56,815 nt of DNA, from positions 1 to 56,815 of IMG/VR virus record IMGVR_UViG_3300009678_000009, one strand, 5' to 3'. The translations under genes were made by a program, and so were the position numbers. How positions within the stretch are numbered: position 1 is the first letter of the stretch; every line of letters starts with the position of its first letter. Below are positions 29,401 to 38,317 of the stretch, piece by piece. Under the pieces are notes generated by a model that did no database searches, was not told the DNA's origin, and was given only the letters and a program-made list of their open reading frames with translations. Source of the stretch: a virus. Lineage: Duplodnaviria > Caudoviricetes.

Positions 29401-29685
29401 CTATCTTATTTTCTTTGTCCCTTTGCAACTATTGCATTGGCAGGCTTTGGTTGTTACAAGCACTAGAAACTTGCCACCGCCTCCATTACTTTTTTTGTGT
29501 AGCACATTTACCAGCTCCGCCCCATCGTCTTCTAGTATCTGGATAAACATTCCTTTTGATATGCCAGACGCGGGAGAAAAACTCTCATTTGGTAGCCCAA
29601 AAAGTATACAATATATCTTATAGCGATACAAATACACTACACAGGTGCTAAACGCCAAGCCAATTAAAAATCCGATTGTTATCAT
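29401..29685 (-). CDS. Small membrane protein
   Basis: N-terminal TM segment; C-terminal CQCNSC; linker start. Confidence 0.6.
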   Translation of the reverse strand: MITIGFLIGLAFSTCVVYLYRYKIYCILFGLPNESFSPASGISKGMFIQILEDDGAELVNVLHKKSNGGGGKFLVLVTTKACQCNSCKGTKKIR

Positions 29686-29697
29686 AAAATCTCTATC

Positions 29698-30021
29698 TTA
29701 TTTGGTTAATGCGTTGTAAACTGCGTTGTAAACATCCATAGCCTTGCCACGAGCCTTACCAGCCTTCAACAAAGCCTTCCGTTTAGCCTTCCGTTTAGCC
29801 TTATCAGCCCTAACACAAGCCTTAACATAATCGTCATAAGCCTTATCACTAACCTGCTTTGCGTTGTAAACATCCATAGCCTTCAAGTATTCGTCCCACG
29901 CCCTAACACAAGCCCCACCAGCCCAAACACAAGCCTCACCAGCCCTAACACAAGCCTTAACATAAGCCTTATCAGCCTTATCACTGGCTTGCTTTGCCTT
30001 GTCAATTTCACTGTTATCCAT
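29698..30021 (-). CDS. Lys/Ala-rich helical protein, MDNSxI paralog family
   Basis: AAGGCT-rich internal repeats; ends LTK* inside the linker. Confidence 0.6.
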   Translation of the reverse strand: MDNSEIDKAKQASDKADKAYVKACVRAGEACVWAGGACVRAWDEYLKAMDVYNAKQVSDKAYDDYVKACVRADKAKRKAKRKALLKAGKARGKAMDVYNAVYNALTK

Positions 30022-30125
30022 AAATAATCTATACGCTTAGTTAATACATCAGCAACTAGTTTTGCCAGTTGCACCTTTGCGTCTTCAACTGCCTTTTCGT
30101 GCAATTCTTTTTCTTTGTCGTTCAT
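29883..30125 (-). CDS. Small hypothetical protein reading through a degenerate linker
   Basis: The linker near 30037 lacks 4 bp, so the LTK frame runs on (LTKRIDYLW) and overlaps the next gene. Confidence 0.4.
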   Translation of the reverse strand: MNDKEKELHEKAVEDAKVQLAKLVADVLTKRIDYLWITVKLTRQSKPVIRLIRLMLRLVLGLVRLVFGLVGLVLGRGTNT

Positions 30126-30129
30126 GTAA

Positions 30130-30483
30130 TCACTCTATTACATCTAAATCAGTTGCTCGTTTTGCTAGCCACTCCTTCTCTTCTTTTGCCATCTCGCGAA
30201 CTCTGTAGTGAGTATCCATCGCCAGAGCGTTAAGCTGCTCCAGTGAGAGCTTTTGGTTTCTTATCGTAGTCACGCGAACATACCAGTACTGACTTGCCAA
30301 CAAAGCGTCTATATGAGCAGGAGATAGCCCTTGCTTCGTTGCTAAGGCAACGAGACGAACAAAATCACCTTCCTTAATCACGTTATCAAACCCTTCTGGC
30401 GATGGATTTTTATTTTTCGGTGCGGCGGGAAGCGGTGTCGTTGCGCAACCTGAAAACAAGCCACATTGTTTAGTCATACTCAT
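30130..30483 (-). CDS. Protein with LRV/HEAT-like repeats
   Basis: DFVR, WYVR and LAMDTHYRVR spaced about 24 aa apart. Confidence 0.55.
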   Translation of the reverse strand: MSMTKQCGLFSGCATTPLPAAPKNKNPSPEGFDNVIKEGDFVRLVALATKQGLSPAHIDALLASQYWYVRVTTIRNQKLSLEQLNALAMDTHYRVREMAKEEKEWLAKRATDLDVIE

Positions 30484-30492
30484 AAAATCAAG

Positions 30493-30873
30493 TTAAATTA
30501 AGTTTTGGGTATTGACACAAAGAACTAGGTTTTTAAGCTGTCTGCTATTGACAATCTGCTCGTATCGTTTACGTGTTCTTATTCTGCCTTCTGTAACCAA
30601 CGTTGTTAGAAGACTTGAGACTACCAAAGATAGTTTTAAGTTTGCCAATTTGGCAACCTGCACACCTAAATCATACACATTTTTTGAAGTCCAATATAAC
30701 CTCCTGGTTGCGAAATTGTGAAAGCAAAATGCACAATCATTTGTACAGTATGGTGTCCTATACTCAAAGTACCCTAAATATTTGTGTCCTATGATGCATC
30801 TTACTGTAGCATATTTGTTTGTGCCTTCTACACTCAAAAGGCTCGATAGCTCGGTACGCATTTTCTGTTTCAT
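30493..30873 (-). CDS. Hypothetical protein
   Basis: 126 aa ORF in the array. Confidence 0.55.
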   Translation of the reverse strand: MKQKMRTELSSLLSVEGTNKYATVRCIIGHKYLGYFEYRTPYCTNDCAFCFHNFATRRLYWTSKNVYDLGVQVAKLANLKLSLVVSSLLTTLVTEGRIRTRKRYEQIVNSRQLKNLVLCVNTQNLI

Positions 30874-30894
30874 ATATAAAAATTACTATATTAT

Positions 30895-31458
30895 TTAAAC
30901 CGCTTGAACGTTTGTCGTCTGTATCCATTCGTGCCTCTCTACGCTGTTGAAAGTTGTATGGGCATAAGAGCCGTCAGGTTGAATTGTAATGTGGTCAAAG
31001 CCATTGCCAACATCACCGCTAACCTTTGAGGCGTACAGCATTGTTTGCGGAATTGTCTGCCCCATATCAAGGCAGGTCAAGCCAACGCGCGCCGCTGAGC
31101 CAATGGCAAACCGAGTGTTTACATCTGCTATTTCACAAACACTACAGAGGCGAAATAATCTACCCTGCTGGGCTATTAGAAAAGAGCCGTATTCCGAGGC
31201 GGTAGAAAGAGGGATGCTAAGGCTTTTATAAAACATCATCCCAAAATCAACGACATCGATTACGTCCTTAAATTTGGGGCTATGTTCCTGCACGGCAGAA
31301 AGGAAATACTGTGCAAAATCAGCATTTCCAGAACCAACAACAAACGTGCCTTCGTGAATAAAAAACTTGCTAAACGGATCGCCGTGCGAATTAGTAAGCA
31401 ACCTATCGGAAGCCAGCTCTATTGTGTCTCCATTCTTGATGCCTATACACAATGTCAT
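30895..31458 (-). CDS. Ntn-hydrolase, proteasome-beta/HslV-like peptidase
   Basis: N-terminal MT (Thr1 nucleophile) LCIG..LASD, K near residue 30, VGSG, FAIGS. Confidence 0.7.
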   Translation of the reverse strand: MTLCIGIKNGDTIELASDRLLTNSHGDPFSKFFIHEGTFVVGSGNADFAQYFLSAVQEHSPKFKDVIDVVDFGMMFYKSLSIPLSTASEYGSFLIAQQGRLFRLCSVCEIADVNTRFAIGSAARVGLTCLDMGQTIPQTMLYASKVSGDVGNGFDHITIQPDGSYAHTTFNSVERHEWIQTTNVQAV

Positions 31459-31481
31459 AAAATCTCTATCCGCTTAGTTGG

Positions 31482-32147
31482 TTAATACATCATCTCAACA
31501 TCTCTTTCGGCTGCAAGTTTAACACAAGCTAATATTGTGCTCGGCAATGTTTTAAAACTGCCACTCGACAGAGAATTAATTATTTCCAAAACGATCCTCT
31601 TGAGCGCACGAACCCTTATCTTGCTACGTTTCCAATCCACCGCAACATCCCAAAAGTCACGTTCATTTTCTGCCTTGTGTGCCTGTAGTGCTTTAATCAA
31701 GTAATTCACCTCGTAAACCAAAGCTTCCTTGTGATATTGCTTCCAAGGCTCCCAAGGCTCGTAAGGACGTAAGACATTCTTCTTCCAAAACTCAAACGCC
31801 TCATCGTTTTTAAACTCGGCAATCAGAGATGATAAAACACTTTGATACTCAATTTTAAAAGCTGCCGAGACCTCGTTAAGTCCTCTAATTTTTTTGTTGT
31901 TATATTTCTCATAACGCTCATCAAACATCCTGCGAAATTTCTTATTCAAAGCCGTTTCTACTTTTCTAGCACTCGCAAGCCTACGCTCAAGAGCTTCTAG
32001 CTCAAGCTCGTCATTAAAAAACAACAAAAAATCCTCTTCATGGTTAAGACGCATTGCGTTTTTAAGTTTGGTTGTGCAATCTTCCAGCTCACTCTCAGCC
32101 CATAACAGCCTCCGCTTGAATCTGGCTAGCTCAATGTTGAAATTCAT
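31482..32147 (-). CDS. Helical hypothetical protein
   Basis: 221 aa; first gene after palindromic promoter A1. Confidence 0.65.
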   Translation of the reverse strand: MNFNIELARFKRRLLWAESELEDCTTKLKNAMRLNHEEDFLLFFNDELELEALERRLASARKVETALNKKFRRMFDERYEKYNNKKIRGLNEVSAAFKIEYQSVLSSLIAEFKNDEAFEFWKKNVLRPYEPWEPWKQYHKEALVYEVNYLIKALQAHKAENERDFWDVAVDWKRSKIRVRALKRIVLEIINSLSSGSFKTLPSTILACVKLAAERDVEMMY

Positions 32148-32186
32148 AAATAATCTATCCGCTTAGTTGGTTAATACACAGACAAG

Positions 32187-32222
32187 CTACTATATCAGTA
32201 TAGCACTATACTGATATAGTAG
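32187..32222 (-). promoter_or_regulatory. 36-bp perfect palindrome overlapping a sigma70-like promoter (copy A1)
   Basis: CTACTATATCAGTATAG-CA-CTATACTGATATAGTAG; minus strand reads TTGACT-N18-TATACT with TGn. Confidence 0.8.
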
Positions 32223-32603
32223 TCAAGTGATTTTTTGCAGTTTTTTAATATCTGCGCACAGAAAATATACCATACTATCGCCAAGTGGCTTGTAAGTGGT
32301 GGCTTTAAGCTTGCGTGGGTCTATATTGTGTTCTCTTTTAACATCACGTTGGCGAAGCCAACTGCTGGCGTTGTTCATCATACCTGCACTAATAGAACTC
32401 CTTCCGTGCAATTTGATACACTTTTTTTTGTACTGCACGGCGTCCGCCTTGTTCCAGTATTTAATTCCAAAGCGACGCCACTCAACTGTGCATGTCCTTA
32501 TTGACGATAGATGCATATGTTCTTGTTTACGGATGACTGATTGCTTCAGCAACAAGAACGCAGCTAACTCTGCTGTGTTAAAATATTCTTCTTTATTTAT
32601 CAT
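32223..32603 (-). CDS. Putative HTH (excisionase/MerR-like) DNA-binding protein
   Basis: YFNTAELAAFL..K...YWNKADA pattern; ATG 32603; stop lies inside the -35 of element A1. Confidence 0.45.
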   Translation of the reverse strand: MINKEEYFNTAELAAFLLLKQSVIRKQEHMHLSSIRTCTVEWRRFGIKYWNKADAVQYKKKCIKLHGRSSISAGMMNNASSWLRQRDVKREHNIDPRKLKATTYKPLGDSMVYFLCADIKKLQKIT

Positions 32604-32620
32604 AAACGCGTCTGTATTAG

Positions 32621-32932
32621 TTAACTGTGCCAAAATTCCGCCACGCCAAGACCATAGCTCTCGTACACTTGCCTTATTATCCTTTTTGAATACCAAGCGT
32701 ATATTTCGCCACCTAATTTTTGGCACAAAGCCGCAAATATGTTATCCATTTCTGCGTATAGCTCCTTTATGATGCTTTCATCTACTACCTCCTTATGACC
32801 TGTGGCTGTGTTATATGATACTTCACAGCCTTCTTCGGCACTATACCTCAACAGTATTTCTACACCGCAAATTTCTATCAGTATGTGTATGTCCGCTATG
32901 TTGCAATCTAGTATCTTAAGCTTCTTTTTCAT
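32621..32932 (-). CDS. Hypothetical protein (N-terminus shared with 39992..40336)
   Basis: MKKKLKILD compared with MKKTKIKILD. Confidence 0.55.
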   Translation of the reverse strand: MKKKLKILDCNIADIHILIEICGVEILLRYSAEEGCEVSYNTATGHKEVVDESIIKELYAEMDNIFAALCQKLGGEIYAWYSKRIIRQVYESYGLGVAEFWHS

Positions 32933-33018
32933 AAACGCGTCTCTATAATCTCTGTAATGTTGCAGTATTCGCAGTTGCAGTCGGTGTAGTATTCGCAGGT
33001 GCAGTAAGTTGTTGCCAT
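32929..33018 (-). CDS. 29-aa Cys-rich micro-peptide (MATTYCTCEYYTDCNCEYCNITEIIETRL)
   Basis: Hand-translated; preceded by a linker-type start; stop overlaps the next ATG (ATGA). Confidence 0.55.
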   Translation of the reverse strand: MATTYCTCEYYTDCNCEYCNITEIIETRL

Positions 33019-33040
33019 AAAATTACTATATTATTTATTG

Positions 33041-33283
33041 TTAATCCACTGCAGGTATATCCTTCATCATAGCCTCCTCAAAAGCCATCCTATATTCAGC
33101 CCAAGCCTCCTCATAGACATCTATAACCTTCTCATAAGCATCTCTTGCCTCTATAAACGGTCGAAAATTCTCGCCTGTTTGCCCTACCGCTTTAACCTTC
33201 TCATAAGCAACCTTAGCCTCAAAAGCCCTCTCGCCAAGCTGCTTTACCTTGTCTAAAGCTCTTTCAATTTTACTGTTATCCAT
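33041..33283 (-). CDS. MDNSKI paralog family helical protein
   Basis: Shared N-terminus and upstream linker. Confidence 0.65.
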   Translation of the reverse strand: MDNSKIERALDKVKQLGERAFEAKVAYEKVKAVGQTGENFRPFIEARDAYEKVIDVYEEAWAEYRMAFEEAMMKDIPAVD

Positions 33284-33295
33284 AAATAATCTATA

Positions 33296-34366
33296 TTAGT
33301 TATTGTTAATCCACTTCAAATATTCACACTTCGTATTGCACTCCATTGAAATCGCCCTGCCTTCTTTAATACACTGCTGCAGGTCTTCACACCCTTTTTC
33401 CAGTAGCAAGGAAGCCGTCTTATATCTAAGTCTCCTCCTGTATTTCCCATCAGCCCTCAAGCCAAGGCTGGGTGTTAGGAGTAGGTCTTTCGTTTCGCAT
33501 CTATACAACCACATATAGTCATTCGCATACTTTACCACTGCATCTATAGGCAGATTTTCGTATCTGCTGCTTAATTTTATTCTAGTTATGCAACGACTAG
33601 ACGGTTTAACCAACTCCTTAGCTACCTCCTCACCACGGCAGAACCTGATAGAAAGCTCTTTACTGTTGTCTAATGCGTACAATCCGATTTCTCCCTCAGG
33701 GTGGTTGAACTCGTGTCCAAAATCAAAGGGACATCCTAAGTTGTCATAGTAATGTCTCATTAGCTCAAGATGACTTAGACGCATAAGCATCACATCGCCA
33801 TCGTAAATCTCAGCCCCTTTCTCATTGCACTCCCTTGTAGGCACAAACAACGCTAAGCAGACTGGGTGTTCCGTGTCGCTAAACATCTTAGTGCTAAGCA
33901 GAATGTAAGCATACAACCTATCTCTAAACAGCCCAGAGTTTAAAAAGGACGCTGGAAGTATCGCTGCTACATACTTGCAGTTCTTCAAGCAGAGAGACAA
34001 CGACAATTTCCACAGGTCGTCATATTTTGTGTTTGGAAATGGCAAGCCACGGCTTGTAGCAGAAGATTTTGACAAGTAAGGAGGATTTGTAATGCAAACA
34101 TCAAACCCAGCTGGGAAGTCTGCTATGGTGTCTCTGGTAGTGACGTGTGTATACGCATCGGCAGGCGGATTTATATCATACCCAACCCAGCCCCCTGTAC
34201 AACCTTCTAGAAGAGCTGGAAGGTTGCCAGCCCCTGCGAACGGTTCTAGCACGGTAGCGCTTTGCAAGTCGCACTCTTTCGCCCAAAGCTCAAACTCCTC
34301 ATGGTTGAAGGGGTTGCCAGTGGTGTAAAACTCGCCGTTAGCCCGCTTTTGGTTTGCTTTTTTCAT
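33296..34366 (-). CDS. N6-adenine/N4-cytosine DNA methyltransferase (gamma-like motif order)
   Basis: GEFYT, VLEPFAGAG, GYDI, ITNPPY. Confidence 0.85.
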   Translation of the reverse strand: MKKANQKRANGEFYTTGNPFNHEEFELWAKECDLQSATVLEPFAGAGNLPALLEGCTGGWVGYDINPPADAYTHVTTRDTIADFPAGFDVCITNPPYLSKSSATSRGLPFPNTKYDDLWKLSLSLCLKNCKYVAAILPASFLNSGLFRDRLYAYILLSTKMFSDTEHPVCLALFVPTRECNEKGAEIYDGDVMLMRLSHLELMRHYYDNLGCPFDFGHEFNHPEGEIGLYALDNSKELSIRFCRGEEVAKELVKPSSRCITRIKLSSRYENLPIDAVVKYANDYMWLYRCETKDLLLTPSLGLRADGKYRRRLRYKTASLLLEKGCEDLQQCIKEGRAISMECNTKCEYLKWINNN

Positions 34367-34378
34367 AACGTCTTTATA

Positions 34379-34861
34379 TTATTTGACTTGTTTAGTAAAC
34401 TTCACTTGATGCTTTAAACTGCCATCAAGCATTAAAGCACACATCCATACGTATCTGCTCGTCTGCACCAAAAGGCTTATGAGCATCCCATTAACTACCA
34501 CAGAGGCTAGCGCTGGCGCTTCTGTAAAATCATACATACGAATACCTGCAAGCACTAAGGCAAGACGTGTAGGGTTTAGAGAAAAACATGAAAATCTAGT
34601 CAGCAGCCTGCGGTGTTCCTCCGTTTCAAGCAATCTATTGATTATAAAGTGCTTGCTATCCGTAGTTAGGATTACGACGCGACTTACGCTAATTGAAACA
34701 AAAACGTACATAGAAAAACTGTAGATATGTTCTGGGTCAAGACACTCTAAGCCTTTAAACATAAGCTGGAGTGCGATGGCTATTATGAAACTTACTCCGC
34801 CTGCATAATCCTGTAGATAACGCACACTTTTGGTCTTTAAGCTTGATTTTTTGGTCTTCAT
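34379..34861 (-). CDS. Multi-pass membrane protein
   Basis: 3-4 hydrophobic segments. Confidence 0.55.
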   Translation of the reverse strand: MKTKKSSLKTKSVRYLQDYAGGVSFIIAIALQLMFKGLECLDPEHIYSFSMYVFVSISVSRVVILTTDSKHFIINRLLETEEHRRLLTRFSCFSLNPTRLALVLAGIRMYDFTEAPALASVVVNGMLISLLVQTSRYVWMCALMLDGSLKHQVKFTKQVK

Positions 34862-34873
34862 AAAATTACTGTA

Positions 34874-35227
34874 TTATTTACTGAATAATTTAACCAAATC
34901 AATTTCAATATGTTTCCCACTCTTCCTAAGGCTAGGGTTGTCTATCTGCCTCTGCACTTCCTCCCCTACTATTCTCAAGGCTTCTAAAGACAGTGGCTCT
35001 ATGTTAGTTGGTTTAATCAAACCACCAAACGTAATGTCTAGTGGCTCTGTCCATATCTTGCCTGTTATGGTGTAATATGCCGCCATCAAATCTGCTTCAA
35101 CCTTCCTAATTAATTTATTCTCACTATCGTCCGCATAAGCACTTTTGTAGCAGTCAATAGTATTTATCAGTGCTTGCATCTCGCACACCAAAGCCAACAG
35201 CCTTTTTTCTATCGTATCCTTAATCAT
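34874..35227 (-). CDS. Hypothetical protein
   Basis: 117 aa ORF in the array. Confidence 0.6.
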   Translation of the reverse strand: MIKDTIEKRLLALVCEMQALINTIDCYKSAYADDSENKLIRKVEADLMAAYYTITGKIWTEPLDITFGGLIKPTNIEPLSLEALRIVGEEVQRQIDNPSLRKSGKHIEIDLVKLFSK

Positions 35228-35258
35228 ATATTACATCCATCTTATCTTATTTGCCAAA

Positions 35259-36263
35259 CTACCCTATTGCACCGTACACCTTCATCACCATTGCAGGCAT
35301 CACTGCATTCCCAAGCTGTTTATAGCCTGAAGCCCCTTCTGATATAATGTGAGTGTCAGGAAAGGTCATAAGCCTCTTGCACTCCGTATGCGATAGCGTT
35401 CTTACTACCGGCTTTTTGCCACTCACGTCATAATAAAGCCCTGTCTTCGCGCCCCAGCCACCACCTTGAGACAGTAGAGTCACTGCAGATTGCGCCATAC
35501 TGTAAATCCTCATTCCTTGGCTTGTGCTACCGCCTATGCCGCCCAGACGTTCAGGTTTCGTAAGATAGCCGTCCCACTCTCTCGGTACTTCAAACTTGCG
35601 TTTCACCTGTTCCAAGTCTTCCGCGGACATTTTGCTGGTCAAGTCCTTTTCTGTTCCATCGGGGCAACGTATGTCAAACACGCTTTTTTGATTGCGATTG
35701 CTCCTTCCGCCAAGCTTGCCCCAGTTTACTGATAACGTCTCCTTTTCGCCAAGCTTTGCATCATTACGAATACACACAACATAAAGACGCTTCCTACACT
35801 GCGTTAATCCATAGTCAAGAGAGTTAAGAACTTTATAATATACACTATAGCCTTCAGGCGCAATGCTGCATTTTAAATCTGTCTCTATGTCGTGGAATAT
35901 CCTACCGCCTGCAATCTTTAGCAAGTTTGGCACATTCTCTAGTAGTATAATCTTTGGCTTATGGTATTTAGCTATGCGTATCACCTCATACCATAGCGCC
36001 CCCCTAGGATCATCCAAACCGCCTCGCTTGCCACAAACGCTAAAAGACTGACACGGAAAGCCTGCGCATAGAACGTCGTGTGGAGGTATGCGAGAGGATT
36101 CTATTTGCGTGATGTCCCCAGCTGGGGTGATGCCAAAGTTTGCCCTATACACATCTCTCGCCTTTTCGTCAATGTCGCACGCAAACACACACTCCATACC
36201 TTGCCTTGCCATCGCAATGTGAAAGCCTCCTATTCCGCAGAAAAGGTCTACAAAAGTTGCCAT
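35259..36263 (-). CDS. DNA (cytosine-5)-methyltransferase
   Basis: DLFCGIGG, GDI, AGFPCQSFS, ENV, QCRKR, RLMTFPD, QLGNAV. Confidence 0.95.
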   Translation of the reverse strand: MATFVDLFCGIGGFHIAMARQGMECVFACDIDEKARDVYRANFGITPAGDITQIESSRIPPHDVLCAGFPCQSFSVCGKRGGLDDPRGALWYEVIRIAKYHKPKIILLENVPNLLKIAGGRIFHDIETDLKCSIAPEGYSVYYKVLNSLDYGLTQCRKRLYVVCIRNDAKLGEKETLSVNWGKLGGRSNRNQKSVFDIRCPDGTEKDLTSKMSAEDLEQVKRKFEVPREWDGYLTKPERLGGIGGSTSQGMRIYSMAQSAVTLLSQGGGWGAKTGLYYDVSGKKPVVRTLSHTECKRLMTFPDTHIISEGASGYKQLGNAVMPAMVMKVYGAIG

Positions 36264-36283
36264 AAAATTACTATCTTATTTGG

Positions 36284-36502
36284 TTAATACGTGAGAGCCT
36301 TATCAGCATCGTCCAATTCATCGTAAGCCTCGTCCAAAGCCCTGCTAGCCTTATTGTAAGCATTGCTTGCGTTCTCAAAATCCCCCCTAGCCTTCGCACA
36401 AGCCTCTACACAAGTGTTCACAGCCTGCTTTGCTTTCTCAAGTCTTGTAGCTTCCAAACCTTGCTTTGCCTTCTCAAAGCTTATAATTTTACTGCTATCC
36501 AT
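36284..36502 (-). CDS. MDSSKI paralog family helical protein
   Basis: Shared N-terminus; linkers on both sides. Confidence 0.6.
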   Translation of the reverse strand: MDSSKIISFEKAKQGLEATRLEKAKQAVNTCVEACAKARGDFENASNAYNKASRALDEAYDELDDADKALTY

Positions 36503-36509
36503 AAATAAT

Positions 36510-36824
36510 CTATCCGCTTAGTTGGTTAATAAATGCTGTACTCTTGTATATTTCAGTCATACACACCTCGCAAGCTCTGGAGTTAAGCCTACTCTCGGAC
36601 TGATTGCACATATTAATGCACGCGTCAAACGCTCGCTTTTTCTGTTTAAAAGCTAGTTCCATAGTCAGCATCTCCTCGCTTTTTGTACTCTGCACGGCGT
36701 CAAAGTGCCTTGTGAGCAGTAGCGTCAAACATAAAATAGATGTTGCCAAAGACAAAAGTGCTATTGTCGTATAAGTCCAAAAACCGATTTTCATATACTT
36801 TTGACATACGTACATACTACTCAT
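36510..36824 (-). CDS. Membrane-anchored Cys-rich protein (paralog of 39662..39928)
   Basis: MYVCQKYMKIGFWTYT, TM segment, CxxxC..CxxC; ends NQLSG* inside the linker. Confidence 0.65.
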   Translation of the reverse strand: MSSMYVCQKYMKIGFWTYTTIALLSLATSILCLTLLLTRHFDAVQSTKSEEMLTMELAFKQKKRAFDACINMCNQSESRLNSRACEVCMTEIYKSTAFINQLSG

Positions 36825-36836
36825 AAAATCTCTATA

Positions 36837-36965
36837 TTATTTGGTTAATATATCATCCTTGTCCTTCTCTTCAGCCAGCAAAGCGTCTCTAGCTTTTACA
36901 GCATCATAAGCCTTTAGCCAAGCCCTAAAAGTCATACCTGCGCTTTCAATTTTACTGCTATCCAT
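36837..36965 (-). CDS. 42-aa MDSSKI paralog
   Basis: Hand-translated MDSSKIESAGMTFRAWLKAYDAVKARDALLAEEKDKDDILTK*; bounded by two linkers. Confidence 0.6.
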   Translation of the reverse strand: MDSSKIESAGMTFRAWLKAYDAVKARDALLAEEKDKDDILTK

Positions 36966-36977
36966 AAATAATCTATA

Positions 36978-37382
36978 TTATTTGGTTAATTGTTGCGGTT
37001 TAAGAACTTTATCCTCCTCTTGGTTGCGGCGCTGAACGTTCCCATCACTATCTAGTAAGCAAGCTTCAATAGTAAACCTCACTTCCAGCTCCTCGTCTGC
37101 AAAAAATTTCGCGTTATCTTTCAACAGAAAGTCTATAGCGCTAAACACTTCTTCTAACATCTTGTCCGCCTGTTCCGCGTAATCCCAACGAGAGTTGCCA
37201 GTGTGGCATCTCGTTGACATACCAACAAAAGCTAAGCTTATCGCCACATTAGGTTCGTGTGCAAAGCTTGCTACAGAGGCTCGCATATTCTTGCTACTCC
37301 ATACGCCGTTGTTCAATACGTCTAGTTCCCTAGAGACTACACCAAGTAGACGCGTTAGTGTCTGTAGTTTTGTAGTTGTCAT
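36978..37382 (-). CDS. Hypothetical protein
   Basis: 134 aa; ends LTK* in the linker; first gene after element A2. Confidence 0.6.
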   Translation of the reverse strand: MTTTKLQTLTRLLGVVSRELDVLNNGVWSSKNMRASVASFAHEPNVAISLAFVGMSTRCHTGNSRWDYAEQADKMLEEVFSAIDFLLKDNAKFFADEELEVRFTIEACLLDSDGNVQRRNQEEDKVLKPQQLTK

Positions 37383-37409
37383 ATATAAAATTAGATTAAG
37401 TTGTTAGGT

Positions 37410-37445
37410 CTACTATATCAGTATAGCACTATACTGATATAGTAG
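37410..37445 (-). promoter_or_regulatory. 36-bp palindromic promoter element, copy A2
   Basis: Identical to A1. Confidence 0.8.
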
Positions 37446-37485
37446 TCAAGTGATTTTTTATTTTTATTTGGTTAATACATCCTCC

Positions 37486-38214
37486 TTAGCCGTTCTGCAA
37501 TGGCTCGCCCAAAAACGCCTCTATAATCATCCTAAGCCTTCTCACAATCTGCTCTGCATTCATCCCCTCTACGGACTTCTCTGTCGCAAACTTCTTTGCT
37601 GCAATTCGCAGAATATCATCATCATCCTCGTTAGTCAACAACCTTTCAATTTGCTCTGCATTCATTACGTTTGCGAACTTCTCCACTGCAATTTGCAGAA
37701 CACCACTATCCTCATCAGTCAACGACCTTTCAATTTGCTCTGCATTCATTACGTTTGCGAACGTCTCTATTGCAATTCGCCGAACACCACTCTCCTCATC
37801 AGTCAACGACCTTTCAATCTGCTCTGCATTCATTACGCTTGCGAGCCCCATTATTGCAATTCGCCGATGAGCCCAATAATCGGCAGTCAACAACCTTTCA
37901 ATTTGCTCTGCATTCATTACGTTTGCGAACTTCTCCACTGCAATTTGCAGAACACCACTATCCTCATCAGTCAACGACCTTTCAATCTGCTTTTTGTTCA
38001 TTACTTCTGCGAACTTCTCCACTGCAATTTGCCGAGTGCTCCAAGCCTCATCAGTCAATGCCCTTTCAATCTGCTCTGCATTCATTACTTCTGCGAACTT
38101 CTCCACTGCATCTTGCCGATGACCCCAACAATTGGCAGTCAATGCCCTTTCAATCTGCTTTTTGTCAACTGACTCTATTTTTGGTGGCTCTTCACCATCG
38201 CATCTTGAACACAT
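37486..38214 (-). CDS. HEAT-like repeat protein (7 x 28 aa)
   Basis: QIER.LT........IAVEKFA.VMN units; 84-bp DNA period. Confidence 0.8.
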   Translation of the reverse strand: MCSRCDGEEPPKIESVDKKQIERALTANCWGHRQDAVEKFAEVMNAEQIERALTDEAWSTRQIAVEKFAEVMNKKQIERSLTDEDSGVLQIAVEKFANVMNAEQIERLLTADYWAHRRIAIMGLASVMNAEQIERSLTDEESGVRRIAIETFANVMNAEQIERSLTDEDSGVLQIAVEKFANVMNAEQIERLLTNEDDDDILRIAAKKFATEKSVEGMNAEQIVRRLRMIIEAFLGEPLQNG

Positions 38215-38317
38215 ATATAATCTATATTAGTTGGTTAATCAATCTCTCTACACCACAAGCAAAGCCGACAACAGCTTGCTTAACCGCTTATTTGATTATT
38301 ACGCCTGCACAGACAAG

